64,000 nucleotides of DNA from Candidatus Omnitrophota bacterium (GTDB lineage Bacteria; Omnitrophota; Gorgyraeia; Gygaellales; UBA12090): assembly GCA_030674475.1 (NCBI GenBank), contig JAUSCZ010000042.1, positions 11,139-75,138 on the forward strand, given 5' to 3'. Below are positions 38,632-48,495 of the stretch, in pieces. Within the stretch, counting starts at the first letter, position 1. Every line of letters starts with the position of its first letter. Under the pieces are notes generated by a model that was not told where the DNA came from, did no database searches, and saw only the letters and a program-made list of their open reading frames with translations. The position numbers and the translations under genes are program-made.

Positions 38632-40773
38632 ATGCGTAAAGACATTTTAGGGGATATTCGTTATTTAAAAGGCGTGGGTCTTAAGCGGGCGGCGCTTTTT
38701 AATAAGTTGGAAATCAGCTTAATTGAAGATCTGCTCTATTATTTCCCTCGCCGTTATGAAGATAGGACTGTAATTACCGATATCGGCAGTCTCGCCCCGG
38801 GAGAATATCAGACAGTGAGGGCAAGAATTATTAGAGTCAAAGAGCGCCCTGTTTTTAGGCAGAGAGGTTTTAGGATTTTTGAGGCTGTGGCGGAGGATTC
38901 AACCGGGAGGCTGTCCTGTGTCTGGTTTAATCAGCCGTATTTAAAAAACTATATTATGATTGATAGGGAGGTTATGCTTTTTGGCAAGGTCGGCCTTTAC
39001 GGGAACAGCCCGCAAATGCAGAATCCGGAATATGAAGTTATGAGTTCGCGCTCATCAGACGGGGCAGAACCAAATGGTCAATCGAACGACAGTCTTAATT
39101 CCGCCAGGATAATTCCGGTTTATTCCCTGATCGAGGGTTTAAGCCAAAGGATGTTTAGGCGCCTTATAAAAACCTGCCTGGATGAGTATCTGCCCGGAAT
39201 TATAGATATCCTGCCTTATGACATCAGACAACGTAATCATTTGCTCAACATAGCTTCGGCAGTCCTGAATATGCATTTTCCTCAGGATGCCCTTCGCCAG
39301 GAAGAGGCCTATAAGAGGATTATCTTTGAAGAGTGTTTCTTGATGCAGTTGATTTTTGGCCTTAAACGTTATAAGGCGGATAAAATAATAGGAACCGCCC
39401 ACAGGCTGAATGAGGATTTTTTAAAGAGCTTTGAGGAGGGTCTGTCTTTTAAATTAACTGATTCTCAAGATAAGTCAATAGCCCAGATAAAGAAAGATAT
39501 GTCTTCCCCTAATCCGATGTACCGGCTTCTGGAGGGAGATGTCGGCTGTGGTAAAACCATAGTGGCTTTATATGGCTGTATGATTTCAGTATCCAACGGC
39601 GCGCAGGCGGCCTTTATGGCTCCCACTGAAATTCTGGCCCAACAGCACTTTCGGGTTATCAGCCATCAGCTTTCGGCTCTCTCCGCCGCAGGCGGATGCG
39701 CCTACGGCGCAAGCCATCGGCTAAAGGCAGGGCTCCTGACCAGCAGTGTGCCATTAAAGGAAAAACAAAAAATATATAATGAAATAAAAAATGGGACGAT
39801 AGATATACTTGTGGGAACCCACGCCTTGCTTCAGGAGGAGGTGGAATTTAAAGATTTAAGTTTGGTGGTGATAGATGAACAGCATAAGTTCGGAGTGTAT
39901 CAGAGAATGGGCCTGCTGACCAAGGGTCTTAATCCGGATTGTTTGATTATGACCGCGACCCCGATACCGCGCACCCTGGCTTTGACTATTTATTCTGATT
40001 TAGACATTTCCACTATTGATGAGCTTCCTTCCGGGAGAATCCCGGTTAAAACTTATCTGGCCGGCGAAGATAGGCGGGGGTGGGTGTATGATTTTATCCG
40101 CCAGAGCCTTCAATCCGGCCGTCAGGCTTATATCGTATACCCAATAATTGATGAGTCAGAAAGATTGGAGCTGAAATCAGCCAAGGCGATGCATAAAGAC
40201 CTGAAGAAAAATATTTTTAGCGATTTTAAGGTAGGGCTTATCCACGGGAAGATGAAACAGAAAGAGCGGGATAAGGTTATGGCCTCTTTTAGAAAGGGCG
40301 AGATTGATCTTTTGGTTTCTACCGTGGTGATTGAGGTGGGCATAGACGTGGCTAACGCCTCGGTGATGGTCATCGAGCATGCCGAGAGATTCGGCTTATC
40401 CCAATTGCATCAACTGCGCGGCAGGATAGGAAGGGGAACACACCAGTCGCATTGTATTTTGATTAGTGATGCCGCCGGCGATGAATCCGGACAAAGGTTA
40501 AAGGTAATGGTTGAAGAGTCTGACGGTTTTAAGATTGCCGAACGGGATTTGGAAATCCGGGGGCCGGGTGAGTTTTTTGGGGCGCGCCAGCACGGCATAC
40601 CGGAACTCAGGGTTAATCCTCTGGAGAATATGGAGTTGCTGCAGGCGGCTAAAAAAGAAGCCGATGCCTTAATCAAAAAGGATCCTCGGCTTGGCCTTAG
40701 GCAGAATACGGGATTAGCTGATATCTTACAGAGAAGATTCCCGGATTATGAAAAAATAGCCGAAGCCGGATAG
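38632..40773 (+). CDS. recG: ATP-dependent DNA helicase RecG, with a short in-frame repeat-derived insertion
   Basis: Wedge/OB N-terminus, helicase motifs GDVGCGKT and DEQHKFGV, and a TRG region. Between motifs I and II, the 29-mer gccgcaggcggatgcgcctacggcgcaag (39685-39713) encodes AAGGCAYGAS and recurs intergenically at 20726-20754. Confidence 0.9.
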   Translation: MRKDILGDIRYLKGVGLKRAALFNKLEISLIEDLLYYFPRRYEDRTVITDIGSLAPGEYQTVRARIIRVKERPVFRQRGFRIFEAVAEDSTGRLSCVWFNQPYLKNYIMIDREVMLFGKVGLYGNSPQMQNPEYEVMSSRSSDGAEPNGQSNDSLNSARIIPVYSLIEGLSQRMFRRLIKTCLDEYLPGIIDILPYDIRQRNHLLNIASAVLNMHFPQDALRQEEAYKRIIFEECFLMQLIFGLKRYKADKIIGTAHRLNEDFLKSFEEGLSFKLTDSQDKSIAQIKKDMSSPNPMYRLLEGDVGCGKTIVALYGCMISVSNGAQAAFMAPTEILAQQHFRVISHQLSALSAAGGCAYGASHRLKAGLLTSSVPLKEKQKIYNEIKNGTIDILVGTHALLQEEVEFKDLSLVVIDEQHKFGVYQRMGLLTKGLNPDCLIMTATPIPRTLALTIYSDLDISTIDELPSGRIPVKTYLAGEDRRGWVYDFIRQSLQSGRQAYIVYPIIDESERLELKSAKAMHKDLKKNIFSDFKVGLIHGKMKQKERDKVMASFRKGEIDLLVSTVVIEVGIDVANASVMVIEHAERFGLSQLHQLRGRIGRGTHQSHCILISDAAGDESGQRLKVMVEESDGFKIAERDLEIRGPGEFFGARQHGIPELRVNPLENMELLQAAKKEADALIKKDPRLGLRQNTGLADILQRRFPDYEKIAEAG

Positions 40774-40779
40774 GTGGAT

Positions 40780-41496
40780 ATGAATATCTTAGCCATAGAC
40801 ACATCTTCAAAATACTTTTATTTGGCCATAGCCGAAGACGATAAAATAAAGGTCAATATTTGTCCGCCCTCAGGAAGGGAATTGAGCCGGATGATAATTC
40901 CCCTCATTGAGCGAGCCTTGAAAAAAGCAAGATTATCTTTAAAAGATATTGATTGTTTTGCCTGTGGTTTAGGGCCGGGGTCTTTTACCGGCCTGAGGGT
41001 AGGGTTGGCCGTGATTAAAGGGTTTGCTTTTTCTTTAAATAAGCCGGTGGTGGGGATAATCAGCTTAGATTGTTTAGCCGGCTCTCAGTCGGATTTTCCG
41101 GGTTATGTCTGTCCGATTGTGGATGCCCGGCGTTCTTTGGTATATTCGGCAATTTACCGCGCGAAAAATGGAATCCTGAAGCGCGAGGGCCGGTATTTGT
41201 TGGTGCCCTTAAAAGAGTTATTTGCTAAGCTTAAAGGCCGGGCTAATATTATCTTTCTGGGTGACGGACTTTCTCTCTACCGCGACGACATTAAGAAGGA
41301 ATTTGGCTTAAGGGCTCATTTTGCCGATGAGGGTTTTTGGTATCCCAGGCCGGAAAATCTTTTAAAACTGGCCAGGGAAAAGATAAGGAATAGAGAGATC
41401 GCTGATTTAGATAAGCTCGTCCCATTTTATATGTATCCCAAGGAATGTCAAATAAAGGAAAAAGTGAAAAGTGAAAAGGGAGAAGTTAGAGGTTAG
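40780..41496 (+). CDS. tsaB: tRNA threonylcarbamoyladenosine biosynthesis protein TsaB (YeaZ)
   Basis: MNILAIDTSS... is an inactive Kae1/YgjD paralog pattern. The GTG at 40774 is an alternative start. Confidence 0.8.
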   Translation: MNILAIDTSSKYFYLAIAEDDKIKVNICPPSGRELSRMIIPLIERALKKARLSLKDIDCFACGLGPGSFTGLRVGLAVIKGFAFSLNKPVVGIISLDCLAGSQSDFPGYVCPIVDARRSLVYSAIYRAKNGILKREGRYLLVPLKELFAKLKGRANIIFLGDGLSLYRDDIKKEFGLRAHFADEGFWYPRPENLLKLAREKIRNREIADLDKLVPFYMYPKECQIKEKVKSEKGEVRG

Positions 41497-41504
41497 GGAA
41501 AGAT

Positions 41505-42617
41505 ATGAAACATTATCGTCCGACCTGGGCGGAAATAAATTTAAGAAATCTGGATTATAATTTCAGATTAGTTAAGAAGCTGGTGGGTCCGAAGGTAAAG
41601 ATCTTGGTTCCGGTTAAGGCGGATGCCTACGGCCACGGGATAATCGCTATTTCTAAAAGATTGGAAAAATTAGGCGCGGATTATCTGGGGGTGGCCAGTA
41701 TTGATGAGGGGATAATCCTGCGCCGTAACGGAATTAAAAGGCCTATTCTTATACTTAGCCCGATTTTCCCTGACGGGGTCCAGGCGTTATTAAAGCATAA
41801 TTTAATCCCCTCTGTGTGCACTTGGGAGCTGGCCTTAAAGCTGAACCGGCAGGCCGCCAGAAGAAATCAGAAGGTAGTTATTCATATCAAAGTAGATACC
41901 GGGATGCAGCGCATCGGCATAGCCCATCACAGCGCCCGCAAGTTTATCCACCAGGTCTCGGGGCTTAAGAATATTCTCATTGAAGGGATATTTACCCATT
42001 TTCCCTGCGCGGACAATAAACCGGTCTTTACCCGTGAGCAGATAAGGATGTTTGAGGCCTTGATTCGGCAAGTAGAGAAAGAAGGAATTCATATTCCCTT
42101 AAAGCACGCCTCTAACAGTTTAGGAGTGCTGGATTATCCTGCTGGGCATTTTAATATGGTCAGGCCCGGCTTGATGATTTACGGCTTGTATCCTAAGGAG
42201 CGGTTAAAGAGTAAACTAAAGCCGGTTTTAAGCCTCAAGACCAGGGTTTCTTATCTTAAGGCGGTGGCTAAGGGTTCAGGTATAAGCTATGGCCACACCT
42301 ATATCGCCAAAAGAAAAATGAAAATCGCCACCCTGCCCATAGGTTATGGTGATGGCTATCCCCGCAGCCTTTCTAATCAGGCGCATTGTCTTATCGGCGG
42401 GGAAAAAGCAAAGATTGTAGGAAGAATCTGTATGGATCAGCTTATGGTGGATGTAACCAGGATAAAAAAAGTAAGGACAGGAGATCCAGCGGTGCTGGTG
42501 GGATTTCAAAAGACTAAGAGTGTTAGTGTGGAGGATTTAGCAAAACTTGCCGGAACCATTTCTTATGAGATTGTCTGTGGTCTGGGAAATCGCCTGCCCC
42601 GGATATATATCGGTTAA
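41505..42617 (+). CDS. alr: Alanine racemase
   Basis: PLP-lysine motif VKADAYGHG. Overall Alr length. C-terminal beta domain present. Confidence 0.9.
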   Translation: MKHYRPTWAEINLRNLDYNFRLVKKLVGPKVKILVPVKADAYGHGIIAISKRLEKLGADYLGVASIDEGIILRRNGIKRPILILSPIFPDGVQALLKHNLIPSVCTWELALKLNRQAARRNQKVVIHIKVDTGMQRIGIAHHSARKFIHQVSGLKNILIEGIFTHFPCADNKPVFTREQIRMFEALIRQVEKEGIHIPLKHASNSLGVLDYPAGHFNMVRPGLMIYGLYPKERLKSKLKPVLSLKTRVSYLKAVAKGSGISYGHTYIAKRKMKIATLPIGYGDGYPRSLSNQAHCLIGGEKAKIVGRICMDQLMVDVTRIKKVRTGDPAVLVGFQKTKSVSVEDLAKLAGTISYEIVCGLGNRLPRIYIG

Positions 42618-43705
42618 GCGGCCTCTTGAATCATTTTTAACGCGGCGATAGAAAATCCTATCGGCGCGATCCAGGCGGATAGAAAGGGAAAGAGCATCCC
42701 GGATTTGCCCAGGGCCAGGCTTATTCCGGTAAGCACGTAGTATAAGAAGCTGATTCCGACGCAGATGCCGAAGGAGCTGAAGATGTTGGCGCGTTTACGA
42801 ATTGTAAAAGAAAACGGAATCCCGATTAATATCAGTATCAGGCTGGAGAATGACGAGGCGTATCTTTGGTGGAGCTCAACCAGCAGATTTCTCACCGCGG
42901 GCATTGCCCCGCTTTTCCTGAGCTTCCAGATATAATCTTCAAGCTGGGCTATAGTCATCAACTCCTGATGTTTTTTCTGCTGAAGAAAATCCTGGGGGGT
43001 TTCGGTGATATCCGTAATCTCTTCCTGGCGGTATATGGCGTCATCTGATACTTGGCCCTGGGCGTCAAAATTGAGCCGGTTAAATTCATAGAAAAACCAG
43101 AGTTTGTCTTTATAATCGCCTCGCCTGGCGGTTATCTTAGCAATAAGATTCTGCTGATTATCATGCTCAAGTATGGTTATGCCCTCCATGGTGTTGGTTT
43201 TACTGTCAAAAGAGTTTATGAAGAACAGCCGGTTTTCCAGTCCGTAAAAAGTAAGGTTATGAATCACTTCTTTAGGGCCGCTATTTTTTTCTCCATCCAG
43301 GGTCTTCTTCATTCTATCGGCGTTTAAACGCGCCGCGGGAATTATTTTTTCATTCGTCGAAAATATCAGGATACTCAAGGATAATCCGATGGCTATGCTG
43401 GGGGCGCATATCTGCCAGAGGCTTAAGCCTGATGAGCGCATAGCAACGAGTTCGTTGTCGCGGTTTAGTTTGCCAAAGACGTATATGGTTGAAAGTAAAA
43501 GAGCTATTGGCGCGGTCTGAGTAGCAATGATGGGTAGGCTGGCCAGGTAATAGTGATACATAAAAGTGAGCCCCACATGGTGTTTCAGGATGTCATCCAG
43601 CCGGCTTAAGGCGTCGGAGATTATATACAGGAAGATAAATATAAAGAGGCATCCCAGAAACGCGCTCACCAGGGGTTTTATGATATAACGGTCTAAGATA
43701 CGCAT
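42614..43705 (-). CDS. lptG: LPS export ABC permease LptG (YjgP/YjgQ family)
   Basis: Six-TM permease with a periplasmic beta-jellyroll insert. Second gene of an lptF-lptG pair. Confidence 0.75.
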   Translation of the reverse strand: MRILDRYIIKPLVSAFLGCLFIFIFLYIISDALSRLDDILKHHVGLTFMYHYYLASLPIIATQTAPIALLLSTIYVFGKLNRDNELVAMRSSGLSLWQICAPSIAIGLSLSILIFSTNEKIIPAARLNADRMKKTLDGEKNSGPKEVIHNLTFYGLENRLFFINSFDSKTNTMEGITILEHDNQQNLIAKITARRGDYKDKLWFFYEFNRLNFDAQGQVSDDAIYRQEEITDITETPQDFLQQKKHQELMTIAQLEDYIWKLRKSGAMPAVRNLLVELHQRYASSFSSLILILIGIPFSFTIRKRANIFSSFGICVGISFLYYVLTGISLALGKSGMLFPFLSAWIAPIGFSIAALKMIQEAA

Positions 43706-44811
43706 AATTTAAGCATAAGAAAACTGCCGATAGTTCCAAATATGATATTAGGCATCCACATACTGATAACCGGGGATAGGTATCCTTGCAGGCTTAAGGA
43801 TTCAAAGGCGATTAAGAGAAGGTAATAGGCTATCACAATGAGAAAGGCCAGGCCGAAATTCATGGTTTTCTCCCGGCGGTGGGTGATTACCGCCAGCGGC
43901 GCGGCAACGAGCATGAAGATAAAGCTGGAGAAAGCCAGGGCAAGTTTCTGGTGCAGATGGGTGACCAATGGCGCCGTATCAATAGATTGGGCGGAGTACT
44001 CGTGTATTTGTTTTTTTAACTCTTTGATAGTCATATCTTTAGGTTTCTTCTCCACTTCTCTTTTATCGTCAGGGTTGTCCAGGGTGAGGGTTATGTAGTA
44101 GGTCTTGAAATTAAGCTTAAAAAACTCACCCGGATTATTCGGGTCAGGTTCATCCGAGGTTCCGTTGGTAAGCTTAAGTTTGACGGTCTTTTTCTCAGGG
44201 ATGGAAACGAACTCGCCTCTTTTGGCTACGATGGTCCGGGTGGGCTTATCTTTTCCCTGCGGTTCGTAGATGCGCACATTATTGAGGATGTTGCGTTCTT
44301 TGGTCTGTTTGTTGCGCTCAATAGAATAGACAAACAAGACATAATTTTGAAAAGAATCAATAAATGTCCCCGGCTCCAGGGCCGCGGTAGGGTTTTTCAG
44401 GCCGATTTCCACCAGGGTTTTACGGCTGGCATAGTGGGCTTTGGGAATAATCTTGTCGTTCATGATTATCAGGAATAGGCTTAAAACCAGCCCTGAGACC
44501 AAGAGTGGAAAAATAACCTTGAAGATATTTATCCCGCTTGAGCGGATAGCCAGGATTTCATTATCCGAGGAAAGCCGTCCCAGGGAAAGCAGGGTGGCGC
44601 TGAGGACCGCGATAGGAATGGTGTAGGTTAATAAATAGGGTATCAGAAAAAGAAAGAGTTTGGCTACGCTGAAGAAATTTACCCCTTTGGTGATAATCAG
44701 TTCAATGAGCTGGATTAGATTTCCCAACAGCATAACAAAGATCAGCACCGCCAAAGAAAATATAAACGGCAGGCTGAATTCTTTTAAAAGATAATCGCGA
44801 AGTATTTTCAT
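43693..44811 (-). CDS. lptF: LPS export ABC permease LptF (YjgP/YjgQ family)
   Basis: Same family. First of the pair. It overlaps comF upstream and lptG downstream. Confidence 0.75.
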   Translation of the reverse strand: MKILRDYLLKEFSLPFIFSLAVLIFVMLLGNLIQLIELIITKGVNFFSVAKLFLFLIPYLLTYTIPIAVLSATLLSLGRLSSDNEILAIRSSGINIFKVIFPLLVSGLVLSLFLIIMNDKIIPKAHYASRKTLVEIGLKNPTAALEPGTFIDSFQNYVLFVYSIERNKQTKERNILNNVRIYEPQGKDKPTRTIVAKRGEFVSIPEKKTVKLKLTNGTSDEPDPNNPGEFFKLNFKTYYITLTLDNPDDKREVEKKPKDMTIKELKKQIHEYSAQSIDTAPLVTHLHQKLALAFSSFIFMLVAAPLAVITHRREKTMNFGLAFLIVIAYYLLLIAFESLSLQGYLSPVISMWMPNIIFGTIGSFLMLKLCVS

Positions 44812-45572
44812 TAGCTTGCCAGCGTAAACACATACACCGCGCTTGCGCGCGCGTTTTTGAGGATCCTTGAGGCCTCGGAAGCGGTGGCCCCGGTGGTTAA
44901 GACATCGTCCAGCAGCAATATGGTTTTTCCTTTTATGGTATCGGGATTTGTTATTCTAAAAGCGCCGGAAATATTCTTCCAGCGGCTCTCTTTATCCAGG
45001 TCAGCCTGGGCCGGAGTATTACGGACGCGTTTTAGATTATTGCTGAGCAATTGGATTCCGAAATATCCGGCTATCTCTTTGGCTAAAACTTCCGCCTGGT
45101 TAAATTCCCTTTCCCTGAGCTTGGCCGGGGAAAGGGGTATGGGTATCAGGTAATCGCAGTGATTCAGGGGAAGATGGTAGTGCCGGATGAAATCTATCAT
45201 TAGTTCGGACAACGGTTTCGCGAGAAAAATTTTATTTTTGTATTTAAATTGATGGATAAGTTCTCTAGCGTTTTCCTGGTAAGGACAGACTGTCCAGGCC
45301 CGCTCAAAATAAAATCGGGCATTTAGACATTCTCCGCAGGTATGCTTAGCGGTATCTTCTTGCGCGAGGCCCCTTCCGCATTTCCGGCAAAAAGGAGGGA
45401 GGTGAGGCGAAATCTCCTTAAGGCATTTTAGACAGACCAAATCCTTTTGGTCATTAAGAGGTATTTTCTCCCGGCACAACAGGCAGTGCCGGGGATAGAG
45501 TATCTCTTTTAACGACTTGATCAAGGTGCTGACCATAGAAAATTTGGAAGCTTTCCCTGGTAAATTTAGCAT
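44811..45572 (-). CDS. comF: ComF-family protein (zinc ribbon plus phosphoribosyltransferase domain)
   Basis: N-terminal CxxC...CxxC. C-terminal PRTase motif ILLLDDVLTTGAT. Confidence 0.8.
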   Translation of the reverse strand: MLNLPGKASKFSMVSTLIKSLKEILYPRHCLLCREKIPLNDQKDLVCLKCLKEISPHLPPFCRKCGRGLAQEDTAKHTCGECLNARFYFERAWTVCPYQENARELIHQFKYKNKIFLAKPLSELMIDFIRHYHLPLNHCDYLIPIPLSPAKLREREFNQAEVLAKEIAGYFGIQLLSNNLKRVRNTPAQADLDKESRWKNISGAFRITNPDTIKGKTILLLDDVLTTGATASEASRILKNARASAVYVFTLAS

Positions 45573-45700
45573 AGTGCGCGAAATTTTGCCTTAACTTAAT
45601 AATTTTAACATATTATAGAAAAGGCTTGCTACAAAGTCGGGAAAGCTTCAAAATTTAGTATAGCAACAAAGGATAACGATGTCAAATATGGAAAAAAATA

Positions 45701-45790
45701 GTTTATAGTTTATAGTTGATAGTGTATAGTCTATGGTTTTGTTTTAGCTATAAACTATACACCGTACACCATAAACTGTTATTTTTGCTA
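45701..45790. repeat. atagtttatag-type AT-rich repeat block in a divergent intergenic region
   Basis: Related blocks occur at 14821-14852 and 58738-58765. Confidence 0.7.
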
Positions 45791-45825
45791 TTGCAAAATC
45801 CGGGGTTATGCGGTAAAATAATTTT

Positions 45826-46392
45826 ATGAATAAAACAACGGTTAATCTTAAGCTCAGAGCCCAGTTATTAAAATTGCTTAAAAAAGAGGCCTTCAGGCGC
45901 AAAGAGGTAGTTTTGTCCTCCGGTAAAACCAGTTCCTTTTACATAGACGGCAGATGCGTTACTTTGAGCGCGGAGGGGGCGTATTTGACTGCCTGTCTTA
46001 TTTTTGATTTGTTGAAGACGCGTAAATTTGAAGCCGTAGGCGGGCCAACCTTAGGCGCTGACCCGATAGTCGGAGCCTTAGCCGCTATAAGTTATACCAA
46101 GAAGAAATCTTTTAAGACCTTTATTATCCGCAAAACCCCCAAGGCTCACGGAGCCAGGCGGCAGATTGAAGGGCCGCGTTTAAGGCCGGGCGCGAAGCTT
46201 ATTTTGGTTGATGATGTGGCGACTTCAGGGAAATCTTTTTTAGAGTCCATAGATGTGCTGCGCGCTGAAGGCTTCAAGGTGGATACGGCTATCTGTATTG
46301 TTGACCGCCAGGAAGGTGCCTCAGCCGCCCTGGCCCAAAAGAATTGTCAGCTTATTCCTCTATTTATCCCCAAAGATTTCGGAATCAAATAA
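45826..46392 (+). CDS. pyrE: Orotate phosphoribosyltransferase
   Basis: PRPP-binding motif LILVDDVATSG. PyrE-like length. Confidence 0.85.
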   Translation: MNKTTVNLKLRAQLLKLLKKEAFRRKEVVLSSGKTSSFYIDGRCVTLSAEGAYLTACLIFDLLKTRKFEAVGGPTLGADPIVGALAAISYTKKKSFKTFIIRKTPKAHGARRQIEGPRLRPGAKLILVDDVATSGKSFLESIDVLRAEGFKVDTAICIVDRQEGASAALAQKNCQLIPLFIPKDFGIK

Positions 46393-46605
46393 ATAGCAAT
46401 CCTGTAGAGGCTGGGTCAAATAAACATTTTTGGCGAATAGGCGGGACATTCTTGTCCCGCTCTCGATGAGGCGGGGTTAGAAAACCCCGCCTATCCGACC
46501 AGAAAAAGCAATTATGACCCAACCTCTGTAAGGGCGGTCCGCGCATCTTACCCGCGAAAAATGAGAAATACCATATATTTTATTAGTCTTCGCCAAAGAT
46601 AACCG

Positions 46606-47850
46606 ATGGATACCTGCGATGTTGCCGTTATCGGAGGCGGGCCGGCAGGAATGATGGCGGCTATCCGCGCCGCCGGGCTTAAAAAAGATGTGTGGTTATT
46701 AGAAAGAGGTGATTCTTTAGGCCGGAAACTTTTACTCAGTGGTAAAGAACGATGCAATGTTACTAATATGGCCCAACTGGATGATTTTATGGCTAAGTTT
46801 GGTCGGCAGGGGGATTTCCTGCGAACAGCTTTTTCGCGATTTTTCAATCAGGATTTAATAGATTTTTTTCAGGTCAAAGGTTTGGAATTGAAGGTGGAGC
46901 GGCAGGGCCGGGTTTTTCCGGTAACGGATCGGGCCTCTTCGGTTTTGGACGCGCTTAAAGATTATCTACGGGAAAATAAGGTCAAAATATTGTATAATAT
47001 CCGGGTAGCGACGATTAAAAAGGAAGGAGACATTTTTTCCTTAAACTCATCCGATGCCGGCACCCGGAAACTGTCGGCCAGGAAAGTAATTTTAGCCGCG
47101 GGAGGAGCCTCTTTTAGCTTTACTGGTTCAAGCGGTGATGGCTTTGCTTTAGCCGGAAAGTTAGGGCATACAATTACTCCTTTAAGAGCAGGTCTGGTGC
47201 CATTAAAGACCAAAGAGTCCTGGGTTAAAGAGTTGCGGGGGCTCAGCTTAAAAAATATCCGTCTCAGCTTTAAAAGTAAGGATAAGAAAATAGTTTCAAA
47301 TATCGGAGAATTGCTGTTTACCCATTTTGGGGTTTCCGGGCCATTGGTCCTGGATTTAAGCGGCTCAGTACTGCGATTACGGGATCAGAACAAGGAATTA
47401 TTTCTCTATATTGACCTTAAGCCTGGTTTGAGCCCTGAGCAGATTGAGGAAAGATTGTTGAGAGAATTTAGGCTGCAGGGGAGCAAGGGCATTAAAAACA
47501 TCCTCAAAGAGCTCTTACCGTTAAAGCTTATTGAAGTTTTTTTGAATCTATGCGGGTTAGACCCGGGTAAAAAAGGCAGTCAGATAAGCAAAGAAGAAAA
47601 AAACGCTATCGCGCGTCTTTTAAAGTCGCTGCCTTTAGAAATTAGCGGTCCCTTGCCGATAGAAGAAGCAATGGTTACCTGCGCGGGGGTACCGATTAAA
47701 GAAATTAACCCCAGAACCATGGAGTCAAGGCTGGTATCTGGATTATATTTTGCCGGAGAAATAATTGATGTTTCGGCCTCAAGCGGCGGATATAACTTAC
47801 AGCAGGCGTTTTCTACCGGATATCTGGCCGGGGAGTCGGCGGCTAAATGA
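46606..47850 (+). CDS. BaiN/HI0933-family NAD(P)/FAD-dependent oxidoreductase
   Basis: VAVIGGGPAGMMAA Rossmann motif. Overall HI0933-like pattern. Confidence 0.8.
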   Translation: MDTCDVAVIGGGPAGMMAAIRAAGLKKDVWLLERGDSLGRKLLLSGKERCNVTNMAQLDDFMAKFGRQGDFLRTAFSRFFNQDLIDFFQVKGLELKVERQGRVFPVTDRASSVLDALKDYLRENKVKILYNIRVATIKKEGDIFSLNSSDAGTRKLSARKVILAAGGASFSFTGSSGDGFALAGKLGHTITPLRAGLVPLKTKESWVKELRGLSLKNIRLSFKSKDKKIVSNIGELLFTHFGVSGPLVLDLSGSVLRLRDQNKELFLYIDLKPGLSPEQIEERLLREFRLQGSKGIKNILKELLPLKLIEVFLNLCGLDPGKKGSQISKEEKNAIARLLKSLPLEISGPLPIEEAMVTCAGVPIKEINPRTMESRLVSGLYFAGEIIDVSASSGGYNLQQAFSTGYLAGESAAK

Positions 47851-47919
47851 AACTGACGGTTTTCTCGCTCAGGCCGATTTTTCGCCGCGAAAATCGTTAG
47901 TTTCATTTTAGAGAGTGTT

Positions 47920-48495
47920 ATGAGAAAAATAATTTTGGCTTCGCGATCAAAGGCCAGACAGAAGTTATTAAGGCAGATTGGGCTTAAATTCCAGACGGTT
48001 AGCTCGGACCTGAAAGAAAGCCGGAGCCTGAATAAAGGCTGCGCGAATTTAGTTATTAGCAATGCCTTAGTTAAGGCCAAAGATGCCGCCGCAAGATTCA
48101 ATTCCGGCGTGGTAATCGGGGCGGATACGGTAGTTTTAGCGGGAAAGAGAATTATCGGAAAGCCGAAAAACATTAAGGATGCCTTTAAAACCTTAAAATT
48201 GCTTTCCCGGGTTCCCCAATGGGTTTATACCGGAATCGTGGTGGTGGATATTGACCATAAAAATATTTTTTCGGATTTTGAAAAAACCAGAATTTATATG
48301 TGTCATTTAAGTGATGAGCAGATTAGGAATTATTTTAAGCGGGTTTCCCCTTTGGATAAGGCGGGAAGTTTTGATATTCAGGGTTTGGGGAGTATATTTA
48401 TTGACCGCATTGAAGGCTGTTTTTATAATGTAGTTGGGCTTCCTCTGGCAAAATTAGCCCGATTGCTTAAGAAAGCAGGAATCGATGTCTTTTAA
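47920..48495 (+). CDS. maf: Maf-like nucleoside triphosphate pyrophosphatase
   Basis: ILASRSKARQKLL...GADTVV...DKAGSFDIQG conserved Maf blocks. Confidence 0.85.
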   Translation: MRKIILASRSKARQKLLRQIGLKFQTVSSDLKESRSLNKGCANLVISNALVKAKDAAARFNSGVVIGADTVVLAGKRIIGKPKNIKDAFKTLKLLSRVPQWVYTGIVVVDIDHKNIFSDFEKTRIYMCHLSDEQIRNYFKRVSPLDKAGSFDIQGLGSIFIDRIEGCFYNVVGLPLAKLARLLKKAGIDVF

